Assembly (NCBI GenBank): GCA_000708835.1
Contig: DF236958.1
Coordinates: 124,001-188,000, forward strand
Direction of reading: 5' to 3'
Origin: Klebsormidium nitens
Lineage: Eukaryota; Plantae; Klebsormidiophyceae
Length of the DNA: 64,000 nucleotides
Positions 36,201 through 47,511 of the stretch are shown one piece after another. The notes beneath the pieces are model-generated. The model was not told where the DNA came from and did not search any database. It saw nothing but the letters and a program-made list of their open reading frames with translations. Both the position numbers and the translations under genes were made by a program. Within the stretch, counting starts at the first letter, position 1, and each line of letters opens with the position of its first letter.

Positions 36201-39200
36201 ACCGCTATGATAAGGCGAGTCGAAAGACCTCGATCCGAAAAAAGGCTTCGAGATTTGCAAACAGACGCTCGACCAAGAACCCTCACAGAGGCTCCAAGTA
36301 ATTTTCTCAGCGACGCTCTACTCAAGAGCCCTCACCTGTGGTCGCCCTCCTCCCGCTGCACGCCCGCCGGCGTCCACTCCTCCCCGACCTCCTCCCCGGT
36401 GCTTTCCCCCGGGGGCCTCTTCCAGTCTGAGCGCGACTCCGTCCAGCCCCCCGGTTCAACGGGAACCGAGGCCACAATATCGAGAAAAGTGCCCAGTCCA
36501 TCCAACGCTTGGGAACCATCTGGAATTGAAGCGCGTATTCGGCTTGAGATCCCGAGTCCTGGATCGATCGTGGCGACCAAGTGCCGATGGTACAGCTCGA
36601 GGGTGGTCGCCCAAGGGGACGGCGACTGGGGAAGGGCGATGTCGCCGTCCGGAGAATTCAGGCCGAGCGGAATCGGGTGCAAATCTTCCGCGGTGTGAAC
36701 GGGCGCCTCGCCGGTGTGAACGGGCGCCTCGAGAGCAGAGCAGACGGGGAGGGACTCGGTGGGAACGGGCTCGGTGGGAACGGGCTCGGTGTGAACGTGC
36801 TCGGCGTGGACGCCCCCAGTGTAAACAGGGAAAGACGGGGAAGGGGCGAACGCCTTGGTGCGAAACGGCCCCTGCTCGGTGTGAACAGGCTCCTCTTGGG
36901 GGGGTCGTACGTTGCTTGGGACAGCAACAATGCTGGTGTCTGGGGCGGGGAGGGCCCGTAAGCCGGAGACCAGTTCGACCAGCTGATAGCACCAGTCGCT
37001 GCCCTCCCCATATACGACCTGCCCGCTTATGTAAACCTTGAAACCCCCGGCCTCGACGAGGGACGAATCGTCGACCTGGGCTATCGCCCGTCCAGCCGTC
37101 TCTTCTGTTACCGCTTCCTCGTCCAGGCGTTTCGTCGGAACGGGGTTCGGCTCATTGCTGACGACGTCGTCCGGCTTGCCGTCGTCATTGCCCCGCTTGC
37201 TGACGTCAGCACCCGGCTCGCTGACATCATTGCCCCGCTTGCCGGTGGCGCCATCAGCGGACGCGCCCAGATCGGCAAGTTGCTCCCGGCTCTCGTTCTT
37301 GGTCCCCGCTTTGTCTTTGGCGGCATCGCTTATCGCGTGCAAATCCACTACGACCACGGCAATGTTGTCCATGCTTCCCTTTTGGAAAGCTACGTCCCGC
37401 AGCTTCTCCGCAATTGCCCCGGGCAGAAGCGCCCTTCCGTCGACTTCTGGACGCTGGCCTACTGGGACGCCCGGTTCAGGAGCTGCACGAAAAAGCCAAC
37501 ACTATTTGTTAAGTCATGGTTCATGGTAGTTTTTAGGCGAGTCTTACCATCTCTAAGCGGCAGCTTTGTTGCTCATGAACGGCAATGATGCAAAAGCAAG
37601 AAAGAAAACATGTGGAGTACAACTCTGTATTCCGCACCTCTGGTCAAACCTAAACTGCCGCCCTTTATTGAAGGAGGATGAGCGATTTTTCCAGAAAAAG
37701 TACGTTGCTTTTGAAAGCTACCGCTGATGACTTTCAAACGGCAGCCTTCTTGACATAAGTCTTTCATCCTTTCAGGAATGACGGACGAGTCGAAGAGTCC
37801 CCAACCTCATTGCCCTGCCCGCCAGAAGCAGACTTTCTTGGACCTCACCTTTTAGGTTGGCTCTGGTTCCACTATGGTGCTTTTCCTGGTCGGGGGCTGC
37901 ATCCGCTTGTAGACTCGTCTCACTCTCCGTCCTCACCCACCCCCCCTTCTCCGAGTCCGACGGCCTCAGGGGTATGGCTGGCCGCCTAACTTCCCCCCCA
38001 GAATCGTCAGAACCGCCCTCGATGCTTGCTACCAGATCGCACACACACTGGCCCCCCGGAATGTCCTCGTACACCCCATCTGACGCCAGCACCAAGAACC
38101 TGACGTCCGAATCGCTGATGTCGATCCATTCAGACAGCTCCGGATCCGGTATCATTCCGTACGGTTTCAAGTCCAGGTCGCCAATCGCGCGGCTCAGCAT
38201 CGAGACGCCCATCAGGCGGGGGACGCCGTTGACAGCCAAAACGACCCCCCCGGATGCGCGCACCCGGTCGATCTCGTCTTGCCGGTCGAAGCGGTGGTTT
38301 GACGTCAGGTCTTGGGCACACAAGCCGCAATTCCGCTTTTTGCGGGTCCCGCGGCGGGTCGGGGCGGGGCAACGGGAAGGGCAGCCTGATGGAGGAGCGG
38401 TGGAGCAGAGAGTGGCACGGGAGTCTCCCACGTTTGCTACCTGGTTAGTGATGAAGAGGAGATTACAGGAAGGCTTGAAGATATCTTGGAGAGTGTTGAT
38501 CTCGAGGTTATGCTCGGAGCCCAGACGAAGGAGAGTCGATTTCGGACAAGCCAGGCTCGTGCACCTGAATCCGAAGCTGTTGCATTCTGGGAATCTGTTT
38601 ACTTGCTTTTTTGTCCTTTTCGAGCACGAGCTTTTTGCCCTATTCGAGCACCTCTTGATGACGGGAGGCTTCCTCTGAAAGAAGCGAAAGCGTAACAAAC
38701 TTGGCCGCGAAGGAAAAACAAAAACTGCCTGAACTCGCCCTTTCGAAGCGGCACGCTTCCTTGGTGCTCCCTTCATTGTTGCTCCATAGCGATTTTACAA
38801 AGTTGCATGAATCATACGCGCTTCGAAATGAGAACCAAGCACAGTCAAGTCACTCAAAAATCGTAAAGAGACTTTTGGATACACGCACCTTGATCATATG
38901 CTCGAGAGGACAGTTTTCTAAGCCAGGCTTCGAGTGACATTAACTTACCTGAAGCCACCTGTTCCCCACAAGGACTGCCACACACGCAGTGGTCCCAGCA
39001 TCAATCCCTTCCGACATTGCAAAAGTCTGAAACTCAGTGTCCAACTTTAGTAGCGCCCTCTCGACAGCCTTGCTCAGGCTCTCCAGTGTATGCGCCCCTC
39101 CTTTCGACAGGGTCCTTTCGGACAGGAGCTGCTCTACGGATAAGTCGTTTTCGAACAGGCTGCAGAGCTTCTTGTCTTGCGCAAGGTTAGCCACTAGCTC

Positions 39201-39590
39201 TGCTTCGAGAACCGGTCGGATGTGCCGGGCTGCAAACTCGCTGGCTTGAGCTCCCCCGTGACCGTCGAAGACTGCGAAAGCTCTTACGTCTAGTTTGCCA
39301 GACTCAGCTCCCCCAGCCTCAGCTAATCTTTGTCTTCCGGCTTCTTGATCAGAGTCTGACTCTGATAGAGGTGGACACACTTTAGCGAGCGGGATTGTAA
39401 TAACGTCTATGCACAGGGCCCTATCCTCCATTGCGTCCCGGAAGCCTTGCATCAAAGATGTTCCGCAGAAGAGCTCTTCCCCAGTTTCTGATCCTGCGGT
39501 GATGCAAATCAGGAGTGCAAGCCAAATGAAGAGCGTGCGCCAGAGAATAGCAAAAGGAAGCATGTCGCATCGTCCTCGGGAGGGCGCCAT
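30294..39590 (-). CDS. Signal-peptide PP2C phosphatase - Ser/Thr kinase fusion (plant PP2C51/At3g63340-like) with C-terminal C2H2 zinc finger (~1330 aa)
   Basis: Twelve phase-consistent exons: 39590-38949, 38440-37849, 37482-36336, 35920-35822, 35375-35252, 34893-34727, 34278-34186, 33436-33261, 32937-32787, 32161-32075, 31546-30945, 30406-30294 (3993 nt). PP2C motifs: RDAMED, FDGHGG, ANVGDSR, SRAIGD, LASDGV, GSMDNIAVVVVDL. Kinase motifs: AKGSFGEIW, ILKRL, HRDVKP-DN, IDFGS, YSPPE, YDMWSAG. Alternative ATG at 39563. Confidence 0.9.
32590..32685 (-). repeat. Intronic copy of the 3' end and donor site of kinase exon 9
   Basis: aagtccacgcacctcgaagggccgtgcaccccagggcggtggtgagccgaggggctcca (~32621-32679) matches aagtccacgcacctggaagggccgtgcgcaccgtagaggtggtgagcggcggggctcca (~32775-32833). 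The flanking ttccagggttg is also shared and the GTGCGT donor is retained. Confidence 0.85.
33386..33925 (-). repeat. Duplicated acceptor-region and exon-start segments upstream of kinase exon 8
   Basis: Exon start 33386-33436 is copied at ~33549-33600. The intron end 33437-33548 is copied at ~33811-33925, sharing gccgggctgcccaga, tgaggttt, gtcagcatg..aacgcggatcac and aaggtgca.aagcacaaga. Confidence 0.85.
36691..36814 (-). repeat. Coding tandem repeats in the PP2C-kinase linker (21-bp x2 and 15-bp x4; VHTEP-like units)
   Basis: cggtgtgaacgggcgcctcg x2 (36691-36731). ctcggtgggaacggg x2, then ctcggtgtgaacgtg and ctcggcgtggacgcc (36755-36814). Protein: VHAEHVHTEPVPTEPVPTE...APVHTGEAPVHT. Confidence 0.85.
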
Positions 39591-41130
39591 CTGAGCCCCT
39601 TGCACTTAGGGAGTTGCCAGTGTTGGGACTTCTTCTTGAAGCCTAGTCTGCTTATTTAGAGGGTTGTTGCTTGGGGGGCCACTTAGGAACTCTTGCATCT
39701 GTAGCTTTGCTGAAATTCTGATATCCTGTCAGTCCGATGATCACAGTGTATCCATTGTGGGGCTAGGTGGAGAAGGCCATCGCGTTCTGCTTTGGGGTTT
39801 TATGAGCTCGTCACATGCCTGCACATGGTTAAAAAGGGAGTTGTACAACATCGTGCCAAAGGCTAAAACGGAGTTGATGAACAGGCATGAGGGGAAACTA
39901 CATTCTCGTCAAGCAGTCAAGGGCTGAAGTCTTTGTGGTTTTGAAGGTGCATCACTCTAAGAATACTTTTGAAGGGAACCTCAGAGTCTTAAAATCTGGT
40001 GTACACTCTTAAGACGAGCATTTTGCAACCTAGATAATCCTGGCGGCCAAATTCAGAAAAAGCAAAAGTCCAGAGTAATGAACACTCAATCATCACTTTT
40101 GACAGCGGCAGGCTCCCTGCAAACTCCCAAGCAGTGGTGATGATGCGGTCTACTTTGAAAGGAGATGCCAGCAAGGCCAAGTGGCGTTAAATGTATTTCT
40201 TTTCTTGTTCCAAGTAATTCTGCTGACAGACTCTCTTATGATTATGTTCCCCTGCTTCTCTTCTGTCCAGGGCTTCCTGTTCAGCGTTGCCTCCTTCATT
40301 CTCAAACCGTTTCAAAGCCCAAAAGATCATCCAAGGTGCTATGAGAAATGTGGCGATTCAAGAAATAAATGGACATATCAGTTGATTTGTCCAATTGAGG
40401 TTCCAGGTGTGCATCAAGTGTCATTGCTATACCACCACCCAACAAAACGTGCTCACCTTCAAGTTGTGGCACCGCGCTCCGGAAACAAGCTTCAAAAAAG
40501 TAAGCTCTAAAGCCTACATAGCCGTGCCTTTGATACCAACTCGCTACGCTTGCCCCGAATCTGCTATCATAGGCTTACAATGAGACATCCACAATGTTGT
40601 ACGCAGCAAACGCAATGCATAGTGCACGCGCGGCCGCCGCGTCGGACATATCTGGATCAACCACGTGGATCTACTGGCGGGTTTCACGGTTTGGGTGAGT
40701 CAGCCCAGCTTAAGCTTGCAGCCGTCGGATGGGATTCATCGACGTACAGAGTTGTCGAACCGACTGCTGACTTGTCCAACCTCGCCTGAAAATCCTACGT
40801 GGCAAATTACTTGCTGACTCACCCCGTGCCGCTTGACACCAGCTGCGTGCTTTCTGCGCGCTGAAGGGAGACACGACCCTTTGGTGTCAAATGCCAGGGT
40901 AAGTATTGTAGTCCATGCCTGCCAGTCTTGCGCGCCCAGAAACCTAGGGTACCGTACGTACATGTTTGAGACAGTGGTCTGCAGCCAAGCAAGCGCTCTG
41001 CTTTTCATTCTTCTTTGTATTCTACAGCAAGGGAGGTTCGCAGGGAGCTGCTGTTGAACTCGGTGGAAGCCATTGCAAAGCTTAAAGACGATTGTAGTCC
41101 AGCTTTTCAAGGGTTTCCGGCGTGTCCACC

Positions 41131-44100
41131 ATGGCGCTGTATCCGGAGAGTGGTTACTCTTCAGGCCTGAAGCTGCCGGCCGGGGTGCGCATTCGCGGCT
41201 CCATCAAGCCTGGCTATGAAACAGTTCTGACGCATGAGGCTGTGGCTTTTGTTGCGGACCTTGTTCGCACCTTCCGGCCAATTGTGCACTCCAACCTGGC
41301 TCTAAGGGCTTTGGACCAGGCCAAGTACGATGCAGGGGGCCACCCAGGGTTTGACTTCCGGACTAAGGCCATCAGAGAGGAGGATTGGACATGCGCTCCC
41401 ATGCCTGCGGCTATCCAGGACCGACGGGTGGAAATCACTGGGCCCGTGGACAGGAAGATGGTCATCAACGCGCTGAACTCTGGGGCTAAAGTCTTTATGG
41501 TGAGTTCAGTGTGTTTGAGAGGCATCTCCCAAGCAAGCTGCAATCCAGCATGAAGTTTTTGTCACGAACCACAAAAGGTTGGTGGTATTGCCTGACTCGA
41601 TTGAAAGCTTTCTGAAGATCATTAACACATCTTTGCATACTGTATTGGAAGACAAAAGAAAGCTGGTACTCAGGGCATGAGCTGCTTTTACAAATGCAAA
41701 ACAAGCTACTTTGCAAACCAGGCTGAAATTGCTGTTCGACGGCAGCTGGTGTTTCTGGCAGCTGGATTGTCTCATGCATAGGTGCATGCCTGTTCAGAGA
41801 AAGTAGTAACACAGACAATTATAATCAGCATCTGTGTAAACTCCCATCATCTGGGGCTGTTAGTCTGCACCAGGCAGCTGAAGTCACAGCATGTGCCAGT
41901 CTATGCAAGAACCTTATTGTGCTTCATGCTGGTGAATTATGGAACTGCTTCAACATAAAGGTTCATTGCTGTCCTCCCAAATACACATTGTTGCAAAGAG
42001 TTGTTTGAGTATTGTAGAGCTTACGTTGTCTTGTCACATTACCTTCAATCGTTATGAAAGCAATCTGGAGTCAGCACCGCTTGCACGAGTGGAATATCAG
42101 CAGAACCTTGTCACTCCTGTGAGTTCTTATGCCGGCAGCTTGTCTGCAGGCCGACTTTGAGGACTCTCTAGCACCGACCTGGAGCAACTTGGTGGAGGGC
42201 CACATCAACCTCAGGGACGCCGTGAATGGCAACATCCGCTATGAGGACCCGCGCACCAAGAAGGTTTACTCCGTCACAAACCCCAACCCCGCCAAAATCT
42301 TTGTGCGGCCCCGCGGATGGCACCTGCCGGAGGCGCATTTCGAGGTTGATGGACAGGCGATCCCCGGGTGCCTGATGGACTTTGGGCTGTACTTCTTCCA
42401 CAACCAAGCGGCCTTCCGGTCGAAGCATGGAGGCGCCGGGCCCTTGTGAGTGGACTGTTGCCCAAAGATGACTGTTGATTGCATCCTCACTGATTGGGAA
42501 TGCATATGCATACAAAATGATCTGCCATTGCAATGAGGGAGTTCAAAGTTGGATCTTGGCTGACGCATGAAAAGGAAAACAAAAGCCTCAGTGGTGGTTT
42601 GAAGGATTGGAGATTTCCAGCTCCCTAAGACCACAGTCAAAACTCATTCATGATTGAGATTGTTGCGATAAAGCTCCCACAAATCGAATTTACAGTCTAT
42701 TCTTGTTTGAGGGTGGTGTGAAGTGATTCGTAAATGCGAGTGAGCTGTAGCTGATACAACCTTTGAGAGCTGCAGGTTTTCACATTCATGAACTCGAACT
42801 GTGAGTTTCAACTCTGTCAATACAGGGCTCTCTGTCACCACTCAGCGGTTTTCTCTACGTGCAGCTTCTACCTCCCCAAGATGCAGCACAGCCGTGAGGC
42901 TGCTGTTTGGAACGCAGTGTTTGAGCGCGCTCAGGACGCCTTGGGAGTGCCACGTGGCAGCATCAAGGCCACCGTCTTGATTGAGACCCTGCCGGCCGTC
43001 TTCCAGATGCACGAGATCCTCTATGAGCTACGCCAACACTCTGCTGGTCAGTATGGATATTCAAAGCTGCTTGAGGTTCGACCCTTTGGTTCCTGCAAAT
43101 GACAAGAGACTTTTATCAGGGTCCACATATTCGCTCCTGAGAGTGTATATGGCTCAGGATCATCTGGGAAGCTTTCCGCTTCAGCATAGCCTTCAAGTTT
43201 GAGGTTCGACCCGCCACATATAACCAAGTCGCAGTCTCCTAGCGCCAGGATACAGCCTTTCAAGCTCGAAAACAGTACATTTCACCAATAAAGCACATCC
43301 TTTCGAAGCTCGAAATGCTGCTTTGAAAAGATCCATATCTAAGCAAGCTCCCTTACACTTGATTGTCTGTTTCAGGTCTCAACTGCGGCCGCTGGGACTA
43401 CATCTTCAGCTTCATCAAGACCTTCCGCAACCACCCCGAGCTGGTGATCCCTGACAGGACGCAGGTCGGCATGACGCAGCACTTCCTGAGCAGCTATGCG
43501 CAGCTCCTGATCCAGACGTGCCACCGGCGGGGCGTGCACGCAATGGGAGGCATGGCGGCCCAGGTGCGCACGCTTCCGTGATATCTGGCCAACGCAAGCT
43601 CTCGCTCCTGTATAACCAGCTCATTCCGTCAACTTCTTGATTCGAAGACTAGAAGGCTCTATCTTGAAAGAAAACTCTAGAAAGAACGCGATCGCGCTTA
43701 CTGGATTGATAAATCTGGTGACAGGTCTCTTGGACCTTTTACTTGCAGAACAGTGATGCACGGTTGGATTGCTTTCATTACACGGAGTTGGTTGCTTTTT
43801 CTACGTTCGACACATACCACTAAGTGATCTGGCCCAGCGTTCTTTTACGAACCAGTCAGAACTGCTTCTGGAAGACGCGGGGGTCAAGTGCCGTTGTACA
43901 GACATTGTGCTGCACCATTGCCGCGTTACTGCTTCGTTATATCACAACCTTTATGTAGTCACCTTCGCCGACAAAGCTGTGACGCATCGACTGGATTACA
44001 GACATCAGTTTGACAAATTTTCCGTTTGTAGTTCGGTCTCTTCCATCGCCAACTTTTCAGATGAAGTTCTTTAACTTCACACATCCTGGCCCTTACAACC

Positions 44101-46115
44101 TGTATTCCCCTGTTCAAAATTCAATCTCGTTCCGACTTCTATTCCATTTTCACCCATCGTTGCAAACCACTTCACTTTACGAACCTTGTCTTCGCCGATC
44201 CTCGCAGATCCCCGTGAAGAACGACCCCCAGGCGAACGAGGCTGCCTCCGCCAAGGTGCGCACGGACAAGCTGCGCGAGGTTCTTGCCGGGCACGACGGC
44301 ACGTGGGCCGCGCACCCCGGGCTCATTCCCCTGGTGTACCAAGTCTTTGACGCGCACATGCCGACGCCCAACCAGCTGCACCGCCTGCGCGACGACGTCC
44401 AGGTGTCAGAAGCTGATTTGCTGGCGATGCCCGTGGGGAGCCGCACGCTGGAGGGGCTCAGGTGCGGAGGAACGATGTTTGGAACTGAGGTAGAAGGACG
44501 AAGAAGCTGGTTGTCAGAAAAAGGGTGGTACAAAGGGAGAAAGCATTGTGAAGGGGCGATGTTTGTTATTGGGGTGGAGCACGGAAGGTCTTGATTGTCA
44601 GAGGAGAAAGGTGGAAAGGGCGAAGGCTTGCTGTGAGAGGGTTAGAAATCCGCTGCGATGGCAGCCCGGGAACCGACACGTTTCGTACCGTTCGTAGTGG
44701 GAATCATCAATCTCGTGCTTATTCATACACCCCGTACGGGAGCGTCGCGACAGAGTTCCTCAAACTTTCACCCCCCCATCAGCCTGGGCGCATCCAGATC
44801 CTACTGCGGATTGAAGGCGGCCCTGGAGTCGTTCGAGGCTCTTTCTTGTAGCCAACTCCCATGCGTGTGCGCGCAAAGCTGGTGGCGCAATCCTGAGCAA
44901 GGGCCCCATCGAGACTCTGATTGGGGGCCCACCCTTTGTCTTTACCTGCAGGCTGAATTTGAGCGTCGGAGTGCAGTACACCGCGGCGTGGTTGACGGGC
45001 ACGGGTTCCGTTCCGCTGCACAACTTGATGGAGGACGCGGCGACTGCGGAGATCAGCAGAGTGCAAGTCTGGCAGGTAGGCTAGGAGCACTCTTGATTCC
45101 ACGCGGTGCTTTTCAGCACAGCAAGATCAAAAATTTCGTGCTTTCAGATGGTGCTCAACCTAAAGGCTTGTACACGGTTCAATCCTGCGCAAGCTGGAAA
45201 CATGGACCTGCATCACTTGCCATGCGGGCCTGAAAGCTGGCAGCATCCGACGACATATTCGTTGTTGTACAAGGCTTGTGCTAGATAGTCACCCGCAGCT
45301 ATCGATCCTCGGCGTTTCATACCCCACATCTTGATGGGTCTCGTTTGCAAAAAGCTCCTGAACTCTTAATCCCCATTTATTCAAATTGACAGAAAGTTTG
45401 TGTTAAAGAAGAAAGTACATCTTAATATACCCGATGTCCCTCCCCGGTCGCAGTGGCTGCGCCACGGAGCCATCCTGGACGGGGAGCAGGCCCCGGTGCG
45501 CGTGACCCGGGACCTCGTCGAGCGCATCCTGCGCGAGGAGGTGGCCATCGTGGAGCGCGAGGTAAGAAGCGCATACCTAAGTCTGCGCTTCGCACCGTAT
45601 TCGAGGGTTTTTGTGCGTCCCGAGTGTAAACTTTGCCAGGAATAACACATGCTTGCTATGCATCGGGGCCTTCTTGAGATAAACTTGTCATAAGAGAAGA
45701 AGGATCCACAGTCCGCTCTATGGTGGCTCTTACGAAATATCCTTGGAAGCGGTCCATCGATATCAAAATGTGGTGTCTGTCACTGGCGGTGCTGGAAGAC
45801 GTTCTGATAGGTTGCTCCAGAAAAATGCTGCTCCCTCCGCATTTGATCCATTCCCCTCTGGACAGAGGTGATTCTCTGGTACTCCGACGACCTTAGGCAG
45901 GATTTCAGATCCGCTTTTCGATTGATTGGCGATCGGGTTCTTACATTTCTGCCGCTCCGCTTCTGTAGCTTGGACCTCAGCGCTTTGCGGCGGGCCGCTA
46001 CCAAGAGGCAGCTCAGCTCTTCGGGCAGCAGTGCACCGCCAAGGAGTTGGACGATTTCCTGACCCTGGAGGCTTACAAGAGAATCACCGAAGTGCGCCCC
46101 AACTCCAGGCTCTGA
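41131..46115 (+). CDS. MLS: Malate synthase, glyoxysomal/peroxisomal (~555 aa)
   Basis: Exons 41131-41499, 42150-42445, 42865-43046, 43376-43563, 44208-44461, 44952-45075, 45454-45561, 45969-46115 (1668 nt). Motifs [56 protein letters not shown]. The C-terminus is the PTS1 tripeptide SRL. Confidence 0.97.
44462..44631. repeat. Diverged ~86-bp tandem duplication at the start of malate synthase intron 5
   Basis: gtgcggaggaacgatgtttgg...ttgtcagaaaaagggtgg...aaagggagaaagcatt (44462-44547) matches gtgaaggggcgatgtttgtt...ttgtcagaggagaaaggtggaaagggcgaaggcttgct (44548-44631). Confidence 0.7.
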
Positions 46116-47511
46116 GTCCAACGGGTTAAGATGGTTTAGATGTAGCAGAGGCTTTTAGTTTGATATGGACGCAAGTCAGCATTTATGCCGACGGATATAT
46201 GAGAGCACTCAAGCATACATAGATACAGCCGCAATACAAAGATACTTCACTAGCGACTTATAGCGTTTAACGAGCAGACAGGTTTCAACTATGCGTACTC
46301 TTGGATCATGACGAAAGGCAATATGTGTTTTTGCTAGACGGGAAAAATGTCGTTACATCGGTCATGCAATCATTTTAGTGACAATTATCACTGAACAGCC
46401 AAGATCAAAGCCGCCTGCATGACAAGTGGGGCAACCTGACTACTGTATACATGTGCTGAAAGACACCAATAGACCGACGTTTTTCTCGTCGGACGTTTGA
46501 TCATTTTTGCTTCATTTGGGCTAAGCCGATGGAAAGGTTTGTATGAGACTGAATGCATCTCATGCTCCTCGCTCCTTCATGTCTCCTCGCTGTACTGCTG
46601 CTGTCGTTTTGGAGAGTGCGCCAGTCATGACGGTTTATAGATGCCCACCGTGGATGAATCTTATCCGTATAGACTATTTGTCTACCCTGCCCTAGACCTG
46701 CCTTTGGACAAATGCGTTGATAACGTTCTTACAGAGACATGATCCTTGTGACCCCTTTTCACCCCACTCTGAAACAGCCTTCCTGAGACGAGCTAGTACG
46801 CTGGGCGTGAGTGCGAAGCTTCTCATGCTGGCATGCATGGCTGAAGTATGCACAAGTATTGAAAAAGTGAGCATGCGGAAAAAGCGACGTACGTACTCTG
46901 CTTTAATATAGTAGTCAACTCTCGTTGCAAAATACGGGGCTATAAGGGCCGCGCGGCGGCAATCACATTACGTCCCCCCCCGAACGGCTGCAGACAGCAT
47001 GCTTTCATGTTGTAAAAGTATATTCAACCCAATCAGGACGTAGCAGGAATGTGCCAGGACATCTCGAGCTCACCCACTCTCGTTCGTAGCCTTTGATGTG
47101 GAGACACTGCCAATTGACCCGGGGCATCGTGTTACCTGTACTGCTAGGTGCTCTCAATACACTCCCGTAGAGGGTATCAGTGATACAACTTCCGAAAGAC
47201 CGCTGCAACAAGAGTTCTTCCTATCTCTAAGCGAAGAGGAAAGCCGCTGGCCGCCCGACTTGCCACAAGTACCACAGACTCTTGACCGTATCACGACATA
47301 TTACGAGAGGTATTTCTCCGTCCACGAGCTGCAACTTCTCTTGACACTGAGGAGAACGAGCTCACCCCACATACGAACAGAGTTGAAACTAACGACATTA
47401 CATTGACGTCAGCTGTCGATCCGCACTGTAGAACACAGATAGAACCTTCCGCTGTCCCCCGCAATCTTCTCACGTCAGATCCGGGGGCCAGTTCGCATCG
47501 ACGGCTAACGT

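Noticed and set aside
43070-43220. Two ttgaggttcgaccc motifs resembling tRNA T-loop/B-box
   Set aside because: No A-box, D-arm or cloverleaf, so neither a tRNA nor a supportable SINE.
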